From NCBI GenBank assembly GCA_015493475.1, contig WGDC01000026.1, forward strand, positions 19,116-83,115: DNA of 64,000 nucleotides. The letters are read 5' to 3'. The DNA comes from Deltaproteobacteria bacterium. GTDB taxonomy: Bacteria; Desulfobacterota; Dissulfuribacteria; Dissulfuribacterales; QOAL01. The translations under genes were made by a program, and so were the position numbers. The notes below the pieces were generated by a model. It did not search any database and was not told the origin of the DNA. It worked only from the letters and a program-made list of their open reading frames with translations. Positions 36,114-46,960 of this stretch are shown in pieces. The stretch's first letter is position 1; each line of letters opens with the position of its first letter.

Positions 36114-38180
36114 ATGGGAAAAAGATACAAAATGATTCGACCTATCTATCCTCTCTTCTCCCGTCATTTCCTATTGAAACTCCTTCTTGTCTTAAGCCTC
36201 ATGAGCCTGTCGGTTACAGGTCATTCCTCAACCCGGGGCAACGAGTTCGAGGGACTTCTGCACATGGGGCTTGAAGACCTGATGAATGTAAAGGTCACGA
36301 CAGCATTTAAGAAACCGCAAAGCGTAAAAAATATTCCCGCTGCGGTCTATGTCATAACATCTGAGGATATACGCCGTTCAGGCGCTACTTCCATTCCTGA
36401 ACTTCTCAGAATGGTACCTGGGGTAAATGTGGCAAAGATAGATAACGGAGACTGGGCCGTTTCGATAAGGGGGTTTAACGGCCTTTTCTCTGACAAACTT
36501 CTGGTTCTCATGGACGGCCGCATCCTGTATGACCCGCTTTTTTCCGGCGTATTCTGGGATGTGCAGGACACCGTGCTCGAGGACATTGAACGGATAGAGG
36601 TTATTAGGGGACCGGGCGCCAGCATATGGGGAACCAATGCCGTAAACGGGGTCATCAACATAATCACCAAAAACAGCCGCGATACGGTCGGTGGAATGGT
36701 TAGTACTTCCGCAGGTAACCTTGACAGGGGCACCCTTTCCACAAGGTATGGATTGAGAATAGGGGACATAGGGTTTGCGAGGTTCTATGCCAAGACCTTC
36801 AAGAGGCATCAGCAGCTTCAGAGGGACGGTTCCACCGCCTGGGATGACAGGTTCATGGACAGGGCAGGCTTCAGATCCGATCTCAGGCTCGGCTCTCGGG
36901 ACAAGGCCTCAGTCAAGGGCGAGATATACACGGGAAGCGGCACCGACAAGATCTCGGTATTTGACAGCTCCTTTACCAAGAGGAGAGCTGTGAAAAACAA
37001 CGTGCCGGTATCGGGAGGCTTTATCGTATCTGACTTGATACACAAGTTCAGTAAAGGGCTTGATCTTTCTTTGAAATTTTACTTTGACCATACCGAACGC
37101 AAATATTCCAATCTGACATCCCAGACCAGGGACACGCTCGACTTCGAGTTCCAGAACAGGTACTGCCGCGACAATCTTTTTGATTTTATATGGGGAGGTA
37201 TCTACCGCCATACCAGCGATGACATACCTGTTTCCGATGGTGTAGTGTTCGGGGCCTTTATTCCCAAAAAGAGGAAGGATGACCTGTTCAGCCTATTTTT
37301 CCAGAATGAAGCCAAATTTTTCAGCGAAAGGCTTCATTTTCTTACCGGAGTAAGACTTGATCACTACAATTATTCCGGCCTCGAGGTACAGCCTACGTTC
37401 AGGGCACTATACTCCATCGGGAAGGATCAGGAACTGTGGGCAGCCATATCCAAAGCGGTCAGAAGCCCGAGCAGGTATAACAGGGACGCTGTATGGGTGG
37501 TTGGCGCGGCGTCTGTCCGGAATGAAGCCAGACCCATAGTGACCGCTTACGTGGGAAATGATGACTTTAAGAGTGAAAAGCTCTGGGCCTACGAGCTTGG
37601 TTATAGGTGGAGGGTGAACCAGAAAGTAACGGTAGATGCAACGGGCTTTGCCAATTTTTACAGAAACCTCTTCAGCGGCACTACGGGCAATCCCTTCCCA
37701 CATTACGGTTTCATGATAGTTCCTATTTACCCAGGAAATCATGGCAGAGGAGAAAGCTTTGGTGTAGAATTCACGGGCAACGTGAAGCCGTTTGAATGGT
37801 GGAGGGTGGAGCTGTCATATTCCTATCTTGATACACATTTGTGGATAGATGCGGGTCATAGGAATAATACGGAGATGTCCGCAAAGTTCATGGATGCTCC
37901 CCGCCACTCCCTGGTTTTAAGGTCTAACATGGACATAACGCCGAAGCTTGAACTCGATATGCAGCTACGCTACGTTGCTAAGCTTTCCAAGCTTGACGTG
38001 CCTTCATATACGGGCCTTAACCTAAGGATAGGATATAGGCCCGTCCATAATGTCGAGCTTTCCTTGGATGCAAAAAATCTCCTGGATCCGTATCATCCGG
38101 AGTTCAAGGACAAATTTTTGCGCCTCATTAATACCGAGGTGCCCCGTTCCATAAGCGGAAAGGTGACATGGCATTTTTAG
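36114..38180 (+). CDS. TonB-dependent outer-membrane receptor
   Basis: Signal peptide. Plug domain (IPAAVYVITSEDIRRSGATSIPELLRMVPGVNV ... IERIEVIRGPGASIWGTNAVNGVINIITK). Beta-barrel ending ...GKVTWHF. Confidence 0.92.
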   Translation: MGKRYKMIRPIYPLFSRHFLLKLLLVLSLMSLSVTGHSSTRGNEFEGLLHMGLEDLMNVKVTTAFKKPQSVKNIPAAVYVITSEDIRRSGATSIPELLRMVPGVNVAKIDNGDWAVSIRGFNGLFSDKLLVLMDGRILYDPLFSGVFWDVQDTVLEDIERIEVIRGPGASIWGTNAVNGVINIITKNSRDTVGGMVSTSAGNLDRGTLSTRYGLRIGDIGFARFYAKTFKRHQQLQRDGSTAWDDRFMDRAGFRSDLRLGSRDKASVKGEIYTGSGTDKISVFDSSFTKRRAVKNNVPVSGGFIVSDLIHKFSKGLDLSLKFYFDHTERKYSNLTSQTRDTLDFEFQNRYCRDNLFDFIWGGIYRHTSDDIPVSDGVVFGAFIPKKRKDDLFSLFFQNEAKFFSERLHFLTGVRLDHYNYSGLEVQPTFRALYSIGKDQELWAAISKAVRSPSRYNRDAVWVVGAASVRNEARPIVTAYVGNDDFKSEKLWAYELGYRWRVNQKVTVDATGFANFYRNLFSGTTGNPFPHYGFMIVPIYPGNHGRGESFGVEFTGNVKPFEWWRVELSYSYLDTHLWIDAGHRNNTEMSAKFMDAPRHSLVLRSNMDITPKLELDMQLRYVAKLSKLDVPSYTGLNLRIGYRPVHNVELSLDAKNLLDPYHPEFKDKFLRLINTEVPRSISGKVTWHF

Positions 38181-38770
38181 AAATTCCATACCTGCCTGAA
38201 GGGCCAATGCCGCTTCTGCCGGGAAACGGGGGCGTTTTGAACCTTGGCTTTTGGTTCGGCCTTTTTCTCGCTGTACTTTTCATGGTTTCGTCTATAGCAA
38301 TTGCCAAGGAACCGGTGGTTACGAGTGAAAACGAACTCAAGACGGCTTTTGTTTATCAGTTCAGCAAGTATGTAAGTTGGCCCAAATCCGCGAAGAATAG
38401 GAAAAAAATCGTACTCGGGGTCGCTGCTGACGACGATATGCTTGAGGCCATTTCACGCCTCGACGGCAGGCTCAGCCATGGGATGACCATTGTCGTCGTG
38501 CCGGTGGATGGAAGCTCTGACTTAAAGAACGTGGACATGTTATATTTAGGAAAAAGACATAAGGCCGATAAAGATATTATAGACCACGCAATCAAGTATC
38601 ATATACTTACCATTTCAGACGAAGATGACGCGATACAGAGAGGAATAATCATCGGACTCTACAAGGCTGATTCGAGACTCCGCTTCAAGATAAATCTGAA
38701 AGTCGCCACTAAGAGCAACCTCAAGCTGAGCAGCAGGCTTTTGAAACTGGCGGTCGATTTAATCAAATGA
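38168..38770 (+). CDS. YfiR-family (DUF4154) periplasmic protein
   Basis: Signal peptide, then [19 protein letters not shown] and ...[11 protein letters not shown], typical of DUF4154. Overlaps the receptor gene by 13 nt. Confidence 0.8.
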   Translation: MAFLEIPYLPEGPMPLLPGNGGVLNLGFWFGLFLAVLFMVSSIAIAKEPVVTSENELKTAFVYQFSKYVSWPKSAKNRKKIVLGVAADDDMLEAISRLDGRLSHGMTIVVVPVDGSSDLKNVDMLYLGKRHKADKDIIDHAIKYHILTISDEDDAIQRGIIIGLYKADSRLRFKINLKVATKSNLKLSSRLLKLAVDLIK

Positions 38771-41547
38771 AGCCATTTAACTCCATCGAACGCAAGATTG
38801 CCTTTTTCATGGGGTTGGTAGCGATCTTTGTACTTCTTGCCTGCGCCACTCTTTTTATTGGATACTATTTCTGGGACAGCCAGATACGACACCGGGTCCA
38901 GACATCCGTCCTGACGCAGGTGGTAGGTTCAAACTGTGCCTCCGCCATAAGTTTCAAGGACGATTCAGCGGCCCTTGAGACCTTATCCCCTCTGAGGTCC
39001 ATGCACGACGTAATCCAGGCCTGTCTTTTCTTCGAGGATGGGAGCCGGTTCGTATGCCTTAACAAGTCTCCCTCCGTCAACACTCTTTCCGATCTCAAGG
39101 CCCTTACTGGTTTCGTATCCGGCCGGGATAGCGCTACTGATATTGAATCCGTCTTCAGCAACTTCCACGATTCCCTTAAACCCATCTTTTGGCAGGGTGA
39201 AAAGGTGGGATATATCTGGGTCAGGAAGGACTTGTCTCGTTTTTACGACGCCTTCCTTTCCACGGTTGTTCTTGTGGCGTTCGTATCATTCGTAATCGCC
39301 ACCATTTCCCTCCTTCTTGCAGGCTACTTGAGCAACCGCCTCGTGCAGCCAATCAACAGGCTAATTGAATCTGTCCGGGAAATTGCATCAGCAGGCGATT
39401 ATTCCCACCGGGTAAAGAAGACGTCCGAGGACGAGCTCGGTCTTCTCATAGAACAGTTCAATCTGATGCTTGAAAAGATCCAAAAAAGGGATTCCCTCCT
39501 TAAAAGGAGCAGGCAGGAGCTTGAACACAAGGTGGAAGACCGGACAAGGGAACTCGAGCGCCTTGTCAAAAAATACAAGGAGGCCAAGGACAAGGCGGAA
39601 GAGGCAAGCAAGACAAAGAGCCGTTTTCTTGCCAATATGAGCCATGAGATACGCACCCCGATGAACGGGGTGCTTGGCATGGCGGAAATCCTGTTAAACA
39701 GTGATCTAAGCCCGAAACAGCACAGGCTTGTGGAAGCCATACTGAAGTCCGGGGAAATCCTCCTGAATATAATAAATGACATCCTTGACTTTTCCCGTCT
39801 CGAGGCTGGCCGCGTAGAGCTTAAAGAAGAGCAATTCGGCATCCTTCATGTCTGCCGGGAAATAATAGAGCTCTTCCAGATACAGGCCTCAAAGAGGGGA
39901 ATAAACATCTACCTGTCATGGGATAACGACATGCCGCAACACGTAACGGGAGACCCTGACAAATTGAAGGAAATCCTCATAAACCTTGTTGGAAACGCGG
40001 TCAAATTCACCAAGGAGGATGATATCATTATCAGGGTTAAAAGGGGCGATGTGGAGCCATCAAAGAAACGGGCCGATTTCCTCTTGGAGGTTGAAGACAG
40101 GGGTATCGGAATATCGAAAGACAGGCTTTCGTCGATTTTTGATGCATTCTCACAGGCAGACGCTTCATCGTCAAAGACTTACGAGGGAACAGGCCTGGGC
40201 CTTGCCATAGTCAAGGGGCTTGTTAAAAAAATGGGAGGTAGGATAGATGTGGACAGCAGGCCTGGGAAGGGCACCTTGTTCAGAATGCGGCTTCCCTTTG
40301 CCATTCCCGGAGACTTTGAAGGCAAAACACCGGACCTTACACCCGGGGACAAGGAGGCCGCCTTATTGGTAAAAAATGATTTTCTCCGGGAGGAGCTCCT
40401 TTCCATGTTCCATGGACATGGCGCGCAGGTGATCTGTTTTGAGAGTTTGGACAGTTTTTTAAATGAAGATAATATCTTTGATTTCGTGGTTCTTGATGCA
40501 CAGCTCGTGCCCGGATTCCATTTAGGTGGGCTGACAAGCCATCTGTATAGTGCAGGCAGGCTTGTCTGCCTGTATGATAATTTTATCTCCACGGGGGAGG
40601 AGCCTGTGGAGGAATTCCTCAAAGTCAAGAAAAGCGATGTGTTATTCCGCATGGAAGAATTGCTCGGTCTCGAGGTGAAATTCGGTTCCATGGTAAAAAC
40701 CGAGAAGGAACAGGCAGGGAAGCCGGTGGACCTGAAGGGCGTAAGGGTACTCCTTGTGGAAGATAATGTCGTAAACAGGGAGCTTTGTTCCGAGATGTTT
40801 TCCTCTCTCGGCTGTTCCATAACAATTGCAAAAAACGGCGAAGAGTGTCTTGAAATCCTTGAGCAGAATTCATTTGACGTAATATTCATGGATTGCCAGA
40901 TGCCAGGGCTCGACGGTTACAAAACTACCGAGATATTCCGGCAGAAAGAGAAAGAAAGGGGAGGACATACTCCGATAGTGGCGCTTACTGCCTACGCAAT
41001 GGCCGAAGACAGAGAAAAGTGCCTATCTTTCGGAATGGACGATTATCTGCCCAAACCCTTCAAACTCGAACATTTGAAAGGGATGCTAACCAAGTGGACA
41101 TCCAATGGCGCATGTGCCAGAGCAATGTCTGATAGAGAAATCCGCCCCGGCACTCACGAGGATAAAGGAGACGCAGCAGATATTGTCGTGGAGCCTGCTG
41201 TAATAGAAGAGCTAAGAATGCTCGAGAAGGCGTCCGGCAAGAATTTTTTCAGCTCCTCCCTTAAAAAATTTTTTGAGAAAAGCCCAAAATATATAAGGGC
41301 CATGGAGCTTGCCATTGAAAAAGGGGATTTTGACAGCCTCAGCTTCAATGCCCATACCTTCAAGGGGACCACCGGTTTTATGGGCGCCATGAAACTGAGC
41401 AGCCTTTGTCTCAAGATGGAACAGAAGGCCAAGAAGAAAGAACGACATAGTCTCGAGAAAATCCTCCGTGAAATCAAGCAGGAGTATGCGAAGGTGAAGA
41501 ATTATCTTTCACAGTTTGTTGATAGTGGCCACATTTCAGTAAACTGA
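38767..41547 (+). CDS. hybrid sensor histidine kinase: TM-periplasmic (CHASE8-like)-TM-HAMP-HisKA-HATPase-degenerate REC-REC-Hpt
   Basis: H-box [19 protein letters not shown]2 box [18 protein letters not shown]. Receiver [10 protein letters not shown]...[14 protein letters not shown]...KP. Hpt motif AHTFKGTTG. The ATG overlaps the YfiR-like stop (ATGA). Confidence 0.9.
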   Translation: MKPFNSIERKIAFFMGLVAIFVLLACATLFIGYYFWDSQIRHRVQTSVLTQVVGSNCASAISFKDDSAALETLSPLRSMHDVIQACLFFEDGSRFVCLNKSPSVNTLSDLKALTGFVSGRDSATDIESVFSNFHDSLKPIFWQGEKVGYIWVRKDLSRFYDAFLSTVVLVAFVSFVIATISLLLAGYLSNRLVQPINRLIESVREIASAGDYSHRVKKTSEDELGLLIEQFNLMLEKIQKRDSLLKRSRQELEHKVEDRTRELERLVKKYKEAKDKAEEASKTKSRFLANMSHEIRTPMNGVLGMAEILLNSDLSPKQHRLVEAILKSGEILLNIINDILDFSRLEAGRVELKEEQFGILHVCREIIELFQIQASKRGINIYLSWDNDMPQHVTGDPDKLKEILINLVGNAVKFTKEDDIIIRVKRGDVEPSKKRADFLLEVEDRGIGISKDRLSSIFDAFSQADASSSKTYEGTGLGLAIVKGLVKKMGGRIDVDSRPGKGTLFRMRLPFAIPGDFEGKTPDLTPGDKEAALLVKNDFLREELLSMFHGHGAQVICFESLDSFLNEDNIFDFVVLDAQLVPGFHLGGLTSHLYSAGRLVCLYDNFISTGEEPVEEFLKVKKSDVLFRMEELLGLEVKFGSMVKTEKEQAGKPVDLKGVRVLLVEDNVVNRELCSEMFSSLGCSITIAKNGEECLEILEQNSFDVIFMDCQMPGLDGYKTTEIFRQKEKERGGHTPIVALTAYAMAEDREKCLSFGMDDYLPKPFKLEHLKGMLTKWTSNGACARAMSDREIRPGTHEDKGDAADIVVEPAVIEELRMLEKASGKNFFSSSLKKFFEKSPKYIRAMELAIEKGDFDSLSFNAHTFKGTTGFMGAMKLSSLCLKMEQKAKKKERHSLEKILREIKQEYAKVKNYLSQFVDSGHISVN

Positions 41548-41612
41548 CCCCCTTTTTTCCCTCTTCAGGGAACTTATCTTTATTTCCGGGAAACGGATAA
41601 CGAGTTATTTCT

Positions 41613-42365
41613 ATGGACCGGGAAGCCATCCTAATGGATGCTCGATATTACATCGGAACAAGCGGGTGGAACTACGAGACATTTATCGGAACGGTTTACG
41701 CTACGACTACACCCAAAAGACGCTACCTTGAGACCTATGCTGGTTTCTTTGATAGTGTTGAACTTAATGCGTCTTTCTACAGGACATTTAGCGAAAAGAC
41801 GTGGCGGGGCTGGTACAATAGGACACCTGCCCATTTTGTCTATGCAGTGAAGGCGCCCCGTTACATAACCCATATCAGACGACTAAATGTTGGCAGGGAG
41901 TCCGTTGACAGGCTCTTCAGCCGTGCCATGATTCTTAGGGAAAAACTCGGGGCCGTACTTTTCCAGCTTCCTCCAAACCTGAAGTACGATCCTGCCCGTT
42001 TTCGCGCGTTTCTTGCCATGCTTCCTAAAGGTATCAGGATTTCTATAGAGGCGAGAAACAGATCGTGGTTTGTTGACGAGGTATTCCGGGAACTCGAGGA
42101 AAGAAATGTGGCATGGGTCATTAGTGATACCAACGGACGCTATCCAGTGGCAGAGATATTCACTGCCAATTTTGGGTACATTCGTCTTCACGGGACCCGG
42201 GGCCTGTACAGGGGAGCCTATGGCAAGGCCGGATTGATTAAGTGGGTGAAACTGCTTAGAAAGTGGAACCGGGACACCTATGTCTATTTCGATAATACGG
42301 ATGATGGTAGCGCTGCCATGGACGCACTGTTGCTGAAGGAATTTTTGGAAAATGGAGTGGAATGA
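41613..42365 (+). CDS. DUF72 (YecE/UPF0759) family protein
   Basis: YIGTSGWNYETF... and ...YIRLHG... motifs. The start may be the internal ATG at about 41634. Confidence 0.8.
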   Translation: MDREAILMDARYYIGTSGWNYETFIGTVYATTTPKRRYLETYAGFFDSVELNASFYRTFSEKTWRGWYNRTPAHFVYAVKAPRYITHIRRLNVGRESVDRLFSRAMILREKLGAVLFQLPPNLKYDPARFRAFLAMLPKGIRISIEARNRSWFVDEVFRELEERNVAWVISDTNGRYPVAEIFTANFGYIRLHGTRGLYRGAYGKAGLIKWVKLLRKWNRDTYVYFDNTDDGSAAMDALLLKEFLENGVE

Positions 42366-44214
42366 CAGGGGCCTAAAGTACCGGTTAAACGAATGTTTCG
42401 ATCTTTCGGAGGTACCCAAGAGGCCTGGTGTATATATCTTCATTGGTAGGGGCGGCGATCCCCTTTATGTGGGAAAGGCCAAGGTGCTTAGACACAGGAT
42501 AGCATCGTACCTGCGGCAGGGAGCCGTCCATGCGCCAAAGACCTCAGTGATGCTCAAAAAAGCCAGGCTGCTTGATATTATTGTAACCGGATCCGAAAAA
42601 GAGGCCCTCATACTTGAGGCGGAACTTATTGGGGACCTCAAGCCGAGATACAACATCAGGCTTAGAGATAACAAGGCCTACCCCTTTCTTCGTATCGGGA
42701 CAGGGTCGTTATTTCCAAGGCTTGGAATAGTGCGTAAAAGATGCAGAGACAGGGCGCTCTATTTTGGCCCCTATACCTCCGCTGTTGAGCTTAGGCGCAC
42801 GCTTAACCTGATTTCTTCCCTTTTCCGACCAAGAACTTGTAGTGATGCCTCAATGAAAAACAGGAGTAGGGCCTGCCTCAGGTACCAGGTGGGAAAGTGT
42901 TCAGCACCTTGTGTCGGCATGGTCTCAAAGGAGGAATACCAGGCGTCCATCGACAGGATAAGGGCGTTTCTTAATGGAAGAACAAGGCGCGTTATAAGGG
43001 AACTTGAGGCGGAAATGAGGCAGGCTGCCTCAAACCTCGATTTTGAGAGAGCCGCCGTGTTGCGAGACTCCATAAAGGCCATAGAAGGGGTCATTGAGAC
43101 CCAGAGCGTGATCGCCCCAAAAGGTATTGAACTCGATGTGGTGGCCATTGAACACAGAGACGCCGCTGCACTTGCAACCATTTTGAAAGTGAGGGAGGGT
43201 GTCCTTTGCGACAAACTGGCCTTTGGTCTCAAAACTGGACTTGAGGAGGATATAGGACAGGTATACTTTGATTTTGTCAGGCTCTTTTATGCCAAGGCGG
43301 AGGTTCCAGGGGAGGTCATTGTTCCAGATTTGCTGGAAGAGTCACAGCTCGCGGAGCTTTCATCCTTCCTGACACAGGTTCGGGGGAAGAGGGCGGCCGT
43401 CAGGGTTGGCGTCAGGGGTATAAGGAAGAGGCTTCTTGAGACAGCAATGATAAACGCTAAGCAAAGGCTTGGCAGGGAACTTTCCAGGGAGGAAGATTGG
43501 AAAAGGCTTTCAAGACGGTTGCAGGAAATCTTTTCATTGAAGGTCCCTCCCGACCACGTGGAGGGTGTTGATATCTCAAATACCTCCGGGCGCGAGTCCG
43601 TTGGCAGCATAGTCTGTTTCATGGAGGGCATGCCTGACAAGGCATTTTACCGGCAATTCAACATGGATGTTGGCGGCCCCAATGATTACGCCATGATAAA
43701 GGAAGTGGTATCGAAAAGAGTAAAAAGGGGTGTAAAGAATGGGGATCTTCCCCATCTCATGATAATTGATGGTGGAAGGGGTCAGCTTTCCATGGCAATA
43801 GACGCTGCCACGGAACTCGGAGTTATTGGCAAACTCGACATAATTTCAATCGCAAAGGAACATGGCCCTGGGGGCGAAAAAATATACTTGGCAGGGAGGG
43901 GGAAACCCCTTCGCCTTGAGAGGAATAGCGAGGTTTTGAGGTTTTGCCAAAGGGTGCGAGATGAGGCCCACCGGTTTGGTCTCCGCTGCCACAGAAGAAA
44001 ACGCACCAGGAAGTCAATCTCATCGGTGCTTTCGAGTATTCCGGGTGTCGGATCCAAGAGAAGGGCCTTGCTTCTGAACCACTTTGGGAGTGTAAGGGCC
44101 ATAGCCTCTGCTTCCATCGAAGAACTAAGGTCTGTGCCCGGGCTTCCTACGAGTGTTGCCATCAAAATCCATGACTTTTTCAGGAAAGAAGTGACCAAAA
44201 AATGCCAAGGGTAA
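42352..44214 (+). CDS. uvrC: excinuclease ABC subunit C
   Basis: GIY-YIG N-terminus (PGVYIFIGRGGDPLYVGKAKVLRHRIASY). UVR domain. C-terminal RNase H-like and (HhH)2 domains. 620 aa. Confidence 0.95.
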   Translation: MEWNDRGLKYRLNECFDLSEVPKRPGVYIFIGRGGDPLYVGKAKVLRHRIASYLRQGAVHAPKTSVMLKKARLLDIIVTGSEKEALILEAELIGDLKPRYNIRLRDNKAYPFLRIGTGSLFPRLGIVRKRCRDRALYFGPYTSAVELRRTLNLISSLFRPRTCSDASMKNRSRACLRYQVGKCSAPCVGMVSKEEYQASIDRIRAFLNGRTRRVIRELEAEMRQAASNLDFERAAVLRDSIKAIEGVIETQSVIAPKGIELDVVAIEHRDAAALATILKVREGVLCDKLAFGLKTGLEEDIGQVYFDFVRLFYAKAEVPGEVIVPDLLEESQLAELSSFLTQVRGKRAAVRVGVRGIRKRLLETAMINAKQRLGRELSREEDWKRLSRRLQEIFSLKVPPDHVEGVDISNTSGRESVGSIVCFMEGMPDKAFYRQFNMDVGGPNDYAMIKEVVSKRVKRGVKNGDLPHLMIIDGGRGQLSMAIDAATELGVIGKLDIISIAKEHGPGGEKIYLAGRGKPLRLERNSEVLRFCQRVRDEAHRFGLRCHRRKRTRKSISSVLSSIPGVGSKRRALLLNHFGSVRAIASASIEELRSVPGLPTSVAIKIHDFFRKEVTKKCQG

Positions 44215-46016
44215 GAAGGCTCCCGGCCCATATTGCCAATCAAATCGCCGCCGGAGAGGTGGTGGAACGGCCCAATTCCGTGGTTAAAGAGCTTATTGAA
44301 AACTCTCTTGATGCAGGTGCGTCTTCTGTGGAAGTTCGGCTTTCCATGGGAGGGAAAAGGCTTATAGAAGTAACGGACAACGGGTCCGGGATGTCTCGTG
44401 ATGATCTTGCCCTCAGCATAGAGCCGCATGCCACGAGTAAGATAGAGGCCGTGGAGGATCTTTCGCGCATCACCACCCTTGGTTTCAGGGGCGAGGCACT
44501 GCCAAGCATAGGGGCCGTCAGTAGACTCACCATCTCGTCCTCCCAGGATAGGACTGAGGGGGGATGGAAAGTGGAGGTGATCTACGGAACCGTCGGTAGT
44601 CTGCTTCCACAGGCCTGTCCGAAGGGGACGATAGTGAGGGTAGAGGACCTTTTCTTGAAGGTTCCAGCAAGGGCGAAATTTCTGAAGTCGGACCAGACTG
44701 AATACGCCAGGTGCCTGAAGGTCATCCATCTGTTTTCGGCAGCCTGGCCCAGTGTTGATTTTAGACTGAAAAGGGAAAGAAGGGTCACCTTTTCATGCAA
44801 AGCGGACGTTGGCCTTGAAAAACGGATCGAACCTCTTCTCGGCAGGCAGGTCGCCAGCGCCCTAGAGGAGGTTAAGGGTAGGATGGAAGGGCTTAAACTG
44901 AATGGCCTCGTGGCAAGGCCCTCCGAGGTGCGTCTTTCAAGAAGGCATCTCTATTTCTTTTTGAACAAAAGGCCGGTTTCGAGTCCAGTTTTGTGGAGAG
45001 CGGCAAACGACGCAATGAAGGGGTTTGTTGTAAAGGGGAACTATCCGGCTGGGGTAATATTCATGAAAATAGACCCGGAGCTTATTGACGTTAACGTACA
45101 CCCCACAAAAAACGAGGTGCGCTTTGAACGACCGGGCGACGTTTACCGCCTTGTATTTCACTCTATAAGGAGAACGCTTGAAACAGGTGGGCAATCTATT
45201 TCAGCGGCTGCGACTCTGCATAACGCTGAGAACCGAAATAATCATTTTGGTCAAGCTGGCCCTCAAACAGGCAAGAAAGGGGTAAAAGGCCAGTATCCGC
45301 TGCCTTGGGAAGACAAGGATCAAGTTTCTACTGCTAAATATGGTATAGGTGAAAGTAGTCCCGAGCGGATCATGTACGGCAAACCGGGTGATAAAAGGCT
45401 TCGCGGGGCAACAGCAGGCATAGATGAAGAACGGGAGCGTGCTGGAATAAGAATTATTGGCCAGTTTGCAAAAAGCTTCATACTCTTCGAAACCGGCGAG
45501 AAGCTTGTGATTCTTGATCAGCATGCCGCCCACGAGGCCCTTATTTTCAAGGAACTCAACGGGGAATTTCATGTCCTGGGCCGTCTTGAAAGGCAGAAGC
45601 TCCTTGTGCCAGAGGTTATAGATGTTGGGGCACCGCTAATTGAGAACCTGCATAATGCCGGAAAACTTCTCGAAAGGCTTGGGGTGGAAGCCGAGGCATT
45701 TGGCGACGGCGAGTTGGTTATCAGGTCGGTTCCCTCATCCCTGTTCAGGCAAGAAATGGACATGGCCCTTATAAGCGATATGGTCAAGGAAGCCCTTAAG
45801 GCCCCGGAAACCCAGGAAATTGAGCTTTTAAGGAGCGTGGCGGCAATGCTATCATGCACCCGCGCAATAAAGGCCGGCCAAACCATGGATCACAGGGAGA
45901 TGGAGGTCCTTGTTCGCAAATGTATGGAAGAGGGCATAACCAATTGTCCCCATGGAAGGCCGGTTATGGCGCGAATTGAAAAGGATGAATTGCACACCGT
46001 CTTTTTTAGAAGGTAA
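44202..46016 (+). CDS. mutL: DNA mismatch repair protein MutL (endonuclease-type)
   Basis: GHKL ATPase N-terminus (IAAGEVVERPNSVVKELIENSLDAGA). C-terminal DQHAAHEALIFKE endonuclease motif and CPHGRP. Confidence 0.95.
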   Translation: MPRVRRLPAHIANQIAAGEVVERPNSVVKELIENSLDAGASSVEVRLSMGGKRLIEVTDNGSGMSRDDLALSIEPHATSKIEAVEDLSRITTLGFRGEALPSIGAVSRLTISSSQDRTEGGWKVEVIYGTVGSLLPQACPKGTIVRVEDLFLKVPARAKFLKSDQTEYARCLKVIHLFSAAWPSVDFRLKRERRVTFSCKADVGLEKRIEPLLGRQVASALEEVKGRMEGLKLNGLVARPSEVRLSRRHLYFFLNKRPVSSPVLWRAANDAMKGFVVKGNYPAGVIFMKIDPELIDVNVHPTKNEVRFERPGDVYRLVFHSIRRTLETGGQSISAAATLHNAENRNNHFGQAGPQTGKKGVKGQYPLPWEDKDQVSTAKYGIGESSPERIMYGKPGDKRLRGATAGIDEERERAGIRIIGQFAKSFILFETGEKLVILDQHAAHEALIFKELNGEFHVLGRLERQKLLVPEVIDVGAPLIENLHNAGKLLERLGVEAEAFGDGELVIRSVPSSLFRQEMDMALISDMVKEALKAPETQEIELLRSVAAMLSCTRAIKAGQTMDHREMEVLVRKCMEEGITNCPHGRPVMARIEKDELHTVFFRR

Positions 46017-46960
46017 TGATCTCTATACAATTCCCCGCGAGATTTCCCATTATTGCAGTTGTCGGGCCTACTGCCACAGGTAAGACGGCTGTATCCATCA
46101 GGCTTGCCCGCAGGCTCGGAGGGGAGGTGGTAAATCTCGATTCCATTCAGATATACAGGGGGCTTGATATTGGCTCTGCAAAGCCGTCTCCTTCCGAGAT
46201 GAAAGGAGTTGTCCACCACCTGATAGACATCAGGGACCCATGGGAAGCAATGGATGCAGCGTCGTTTGTGAGGGTGGCTGCCCGGGCCATAGCTATCGTC
46301 ATTTCAAGGGGAAAGGTTCCTATACTGGCTGGGGGAACAGGCTTTTATTTGAAGGCCCTCGAGGAAGGGCTGTCGATTCTGCCAGCTGCTGCGCCTGCAT
46401 TGAGGGAACAGGTCAGGAGTTTGATGAGCCGGTATGGCCACAACAGGGTTCACGACCTTCTTAGGTCAGTGGATCCGGAACGGGCAGCGGCAGTTCATCC
46501 AAGGGATACCTACAGGCTGTCAAGGGCGCTTGAGATCTTCCTATGTTCTGGAGTTCCCTTCAACAGGGTGTGTAAAAGAGAATTCCAGGGCAGGTTATCA
46601 GGGGTGAAGGAATACCAGATTCTGAAAATCGGCCTTATGATTGAAAGAGAATCCCTTTACAGGCGTATTGACGAGAGGGTGGAGTTTATGCTCGATCATG
46701 GCTTTATTGAAGAGGTGACTCGTCTTCTGGCGGCCGGGCTCAATCCCATGCTCAAGCCCTTGCAATCCATTGGTTACCGTCATATTATCTCGTACCTTCT
46801 TAAAGAAAAGGAACTTTCGCAAGCCATTCGTGAAATGAAACGGGATACAAGGCGTTATGCTAAGAGACAGATCACCTGGTTTAAAAAGGAACCCACGATA
46901 AGATGGCATCATCCTCAGAGGCTGCTGAAGTTACCTGATATCTGGATGGCAGTCAATTGA
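46016..46960 (+). CDS. miaA: tRNA dimethylallyltransferase
   Basis: P-loop GPTATGKT. Conserved DSIQIYRGLDIGSAKPS and HHLID. Confidence 0.93.
   Translation: MISIQFPARFPIIAVVGPTATGKTAVSIRLARRLGGEVVNLDSIQIYRGLDIGSAKPSPSEMKGVVHHLIDIRDPWEAMDAASFVRVAARAIAIVISRGKVPILAGGTGFYLKALEEGLSILPAAAPALREQVRSLMSRYGHNRVHDLLRSVDPERAAAVHPRDTYRLSRALEIFLCSGVPFNRVCKREFQGRLSGVKEYQILKIGLMIERESLYRRIDERVEFMLDHGFIEEVTRLLAAGLNPMLKPLQSIGYRHIISYLLKEKELSQAIREMKRDTRRYAKRQITWFKKEPTIRWHHPQRLLKLPDIWMAVN

Noticed and set aside
43782-44729. 315-aa ORF antisense to the uvrC 3' end and mutL 5' end
   Set aside because: It spans a gene junction on the opposite strand of two well-supported genes. It has no RBS. Its Arg/Pro/Gly/Ser-rich composition is typical of shadow frames in roughly 50% GC DNA.
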